Assembly: GCF_009914755.1 (NCBI RefSeq)
Contig: NC_060936.1
Reading direction: 5' to 3' (one strand)
From: the human T2T-CHM13v2.0 reference genome, Homo sapiens
DNA: 64,000 nt
Shown: positions 60,364-64,000 of the stretch, one piece after another
Layout: each line of letters starts with the position of its first letter
Numbering within the stretch: the first letter of the stretch is position 1
Translations under genes and position numbers: made by a program
Notes under the pieces: generated by a model
The model's input: the letters and a program-made list of their open reading frames with translations, nothing else
The model's database searches: none
What the model was told of the DNA's origin: nothing

Positions 60364-60852
60364 CAGTTAACTCTTGAACAACATAGGTTTGAACTGCGTG
60401 GGTCCACTTATAGGCAGATTTTTTTTCTACGGAAGTTACACTGAGTGTACCTGCCTTTCTTGCTTCCCCTACCACCTTCTCCGCCTCTTCTGCCTCTGCC
60501 ACCTGAGACAGCAAGACTAACTCTTCCTCGTCAGCCTACTCAATGTGAAGATAACAAAGATAGACCTTTCTGATGATCCACTTCCACTTAATAAACAGTA
60601 AATATACTTTCTCTTATGATTTTTTAAATAACATATTCTTTCCTCTAGCTTACTTTATTGTAAGAATACAGTATACAATACCTATACAAAATATGTGTTA
60701 ATTGACTATGTTATCAGTAAGGCTTCTGGTCAACAGTACACAATTACAGTAGTTAAGTTTTTAGGGAGTCAAAAGTTATATGCAGATTTTTATATGCACA
60801 GGGGAGGGCAGGGTCAGTGCCCCTAACTTGCATGTTGTTCGAGGATCAACTG
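60364..60852. mobile_element. Tigger2a-like TcMar DNA transposon inserted into a MIR
   Basis: TIRs CAGTTAACTCTTGAACAACA / TGTTGTTCGAGGATCAACTG; TA TSD on both sides. Confidence 0.85.
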
Positions 60853-61098
60853 TATATACGAAATATTTATATACTCAAAGCAAACTTAGGAGATAGTAGT
60901 TGTATCCCTCTTTTACTAATGAGGACACTAAAACTAACAGATTAATATCTTTCCAAAGTCACAAAGCTACAAAGTGGATGAGCTGGGATTTGTACCCTAC
61001 TCTAATTCCCAGCTTCATGTTCTTAGTTATCTCACTATATTAATTTCTTACCTTTTAAAACTGTTCATATGGTATCTTAAAGTTAAGATCTATCTTTA

Positions 61099-61407
<309 letters not shown>

Positions 61408-61909
61408 TCAAATTTGTTTCCCTAACAATTCTATATGATAAGCTCTAGCGTGGTTATTCCTAAAAGATTACTGTACATAGGGGACCAGCAGGTCAGAAGG
61501 GTGTCACATGAGCTTGGTAAACCGCCCTCAAGGAATCTTTAACTCACATATCTCAAGGAATCTCTGCCATAACGTGCAGTCTAGTTCTGTAATACAAAAA
61601 GGAATGACCAAGTTCCACAGTCTTTTCTAAATTACTACCTCGGTTTTCTGAATCAAAACACCTTTCAAATGCCAAAAATGTAAACGATTTTTTTGTTGGG
61701 GATAGTTTACTAAACTAAGTTTCCCTGCCTTCATAAACTTTATTGACCACTCTCTTAATGATGACCATCAAGATAGGCAGGTTTAATGTATACTACTGCT
61801 TGCCTCTTTGTTAAATGGCATTAGAATGTTTAGCATGTTATATATTTTTTACTTCTTTCCTTCTCTTTTTCTTCTTTATTTTCCCCTTTAACTGCTATCC
61901 CCTTACAGG

Positions 61910-62045
61910 CTCTGTGACTTTGAGAAGTTAATTTAACCTGTCAGTCTTAGTTTCTTCATCTGTAAAATGAAGATACTACTACTAATTTATAGGGTTGCTT
62001 TGAGGGTTAAATGATACTTAAAGTGTTTAACTTAGTACTTGGTAA
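61910..62045 (+). mobile_element. MIR
   Basis: tgtgactttgagaagtta...tttcttcatctgtaaaatg. Confidence 0.7.
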
Positions 62046-62569
62046 TATATTGTTTCAGGTTTATGACTATATTTCAGATTGCAGGTGCTATCAAAAATCT
62101 GACCTTTAGAGATTTAAATAATGGGGCATTTATTTATGAAAATACTTTGCAATTTGCTTTGAAAATTACAAAATGCTACAGATACAAGGAACAACAAGGA
62201 TAATGATAAGTTACTGTGATCACATCAGACATTTTGGTTTAGAAAGGTTTGTTAACTATCCAGGTAAATGTATATTTTAAAGCAAGTAAAAGATGATTTA
62301 GCAAACCTACAAGGCAAATAGTTAAACGGTTGAAAAATCAACTTAAAGAGATGTGAGCTCAAAAACTCCTTATCCTTTTAACAGAATTCCTTTTATCCCA
62401 CTAGACACATTAGTTATGTTGTAATTCCTTTGGTTGAGATGGATAATTAAAAATTCATTTTAAAATGCTACTTTGTTTGGGATAATCTGATTAACCGACT
62501 TTTCCAATTCACTCATTCATACAATGAAAAAGCCTAGGAAAAGGTGCATGAGAAAGAGGAACTGCCTTA

Positions 62570-62853
62570 TTTTTTGAGATGGGTCTCACTCTGTCACCCA
62601 GTCTGGAGTGCAGTGGTGTGATCACAGCTCACTGCAGCCTCCAACTCCTGGGCTCAAGTGATCCTCCCACCTTAGCTTCCTGAGTAGCTGGGACCACAGG
62701 AACATGCCACCACGTGTGGCTAATTTTTTGATTTGTAGAGTCAAGGTCTCGCTAGGTTGCCCAGGCTGGTCTCGAACTCCTGGGCTCATGCAATTCTTCC
62801 ACCTCAGCCTCCCAAAATGCTGGGATTACAAGCATAAGCCACTGTGCCCAGCT
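62570..62853 (-). mobile_element. AluJ
   Basis: Reverse Alu. Confidence 0.9.
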
Positions 62854-63207
62854 CCTTTATTTTTAAATAATGTCTTGGGGATGAGGCAGGTGTAATTCAT
62901 TGTGTTAATCAGGCTCAATCATGAATTTTAAGAAATAACATTTAACCTAAAATCCTGTGACCAAAATGAGAGTATTCATATTTTTTGCATCAAGTTGGGA
63001 AAAGTTAAAATTGTTTGATGTCCTCAGTTACACAACTTAAATCATGAAAGGAATAATAAATCTTGTTTTCCAAAATTACTCAGATAAGAATAAAAATCTT
63101 CAGAATTCCACAAGTATGAGGTTTAATGATAAATGTATAAATTTTACAACTGTTCTGAAAAACAAGAGAGTTGGTTGCATGCTCATATATATACACAAAT
63201 TTATATA

Positions 63208-63487
63208 TTTGAGACAAGGTCTCACTTTGTCTCTCAGGCCAGAGTGCAGTGGCGCAAACATGGCTCACTTTCAGCGTCAACCTCCTGGGCTCAAGCATCT
63301 CCTGCCTTAGCCCCCCAGGTAGCTGGGATCACAGGCATGTGCCACCACACCCGGCTAATTTTTGTATTTTTTGTAGAGACAGGGTCTTGTCATGTCCAGG
63401 CTGGTCTTAAACTCCTGAGCTCAAGCAATCTTCCCATCTCAGCCTCCCCAAGTGCTGGGATTATAGGCATGAAACATTGCACCCAGC
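63208..63487 (-). mobile_element. AluJ
   Basis: Reverse Alu. Confidence 0.9.
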
Positions 63488-63752
63488 AGAATGTTAAAAT
63501 ATTTAAAGACAATGTAGCAACTATAGACATCTTAAGCTAACAGAATAAACTAAGATTAAATCTAAATTATGAGAAAATCAGTAAGTTTCAGCTCTTGGAA
63601 AATAATATGATGAGTATAATTTTACTTATATACCAAATAGTTATGTTAAGAATCCCATTCATTCACTCTAATGCTTTATTCATAAGAAAATAAATTCTTA
63701 ACTATCTACTGTTAACCAGCTTCTTTGTCAGGTACTTTCTGCACCACAGTCT

Positions 63753-63774
63753 GGGAGGTAAGATCTTACCTCCC
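63753..63774. repeat. Perfect 22-bp palindrome GGGAGGTAAGATCTTACCTCCC
   Basis: Equals its own reverse complement. Confidence 0.95.
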
Positions 63775-63804
63775 GTGAACAAAAAAGAAAACTGAAGCCA
63801 CTGT

Positions 63805-63960
63805 GAATTCTAGTTTTAAGACTTACTATTTTGAGTCTTGGGGAATTAATTTGTCTGAGCCTCAGTTTGTTCATTCATAAAATGGGGCCAATAATACCTG
63901 TCTTCTAGTATTGTTATGAACGTTAAAATGGCCCAAGTAAACTCTCAACAAAAAGTAGTT
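63805..63960 (+). mobile_element. MIR, followed by the start of an Alu-like element cut by the window end (63967-64000)
   Basis: tctgagcctcagttt...taaaatgggg. Confidence 0.7.
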
Positions 63961-64000
63961 ATTAAGTTGGGCATGATGGCAATGTGCCTGCAGTCCCAGC

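Overview
This window is mammalian genomic DNA; the translated exons match human BBS10 and OSBPL8 (chr12q21, recognised from memory, not from a search). Two protein-coding genes lie in tandem on the minus strand. BBS10 is complete: 2 exons, CDS 4083-4279 plus 1734-3708, 2172 nt, 723 aa, with a CpG-island promoter at about 4.0-4.75 kb. The last 19 coding exons of OSBPL8/ORP8 (58707 down to 11807, 2382 nt, 793 aa plus stop) were reconstructed by hand with GT-AG sites and consistent phases. They encode a polybasic stretch, PH domain, acidic linker, ORD with EQVSHHPP, coiled coil and C-terminal TM anchor, followed by a ~4.1 kb 3'UTR ending near 7.72 kb. The N-terminal exons lie beyond the window. 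The rest is typical interspersed repeats: about 20 Alus or fragments, L1PA/L1M, a full THE1A, a MER41A solo LTR, MLT1s, Tigger2a, MER82, MER20, MER5A, MIR and L2. Subfamily names come from recalled consensus motifs and are approximate. Most listed short ORFs are repeat-derived or chance. I found no clearly new multi-gene system. The best leads are regulatory: (1) an in-frame OSBPL8-BBS10 read-through splice with a sense LTR poly(A) signal between the genes; (2) intronic poly(A) signals that would delete only the ORP8 tail and membrane anchor; (3) a CpG-retaining intronic element at 52.05-52.4 kb; (4) a perfect 22-bp palindrome built from a 5' splice site; (5) inverted L1/Alu pairs bracketing exons.
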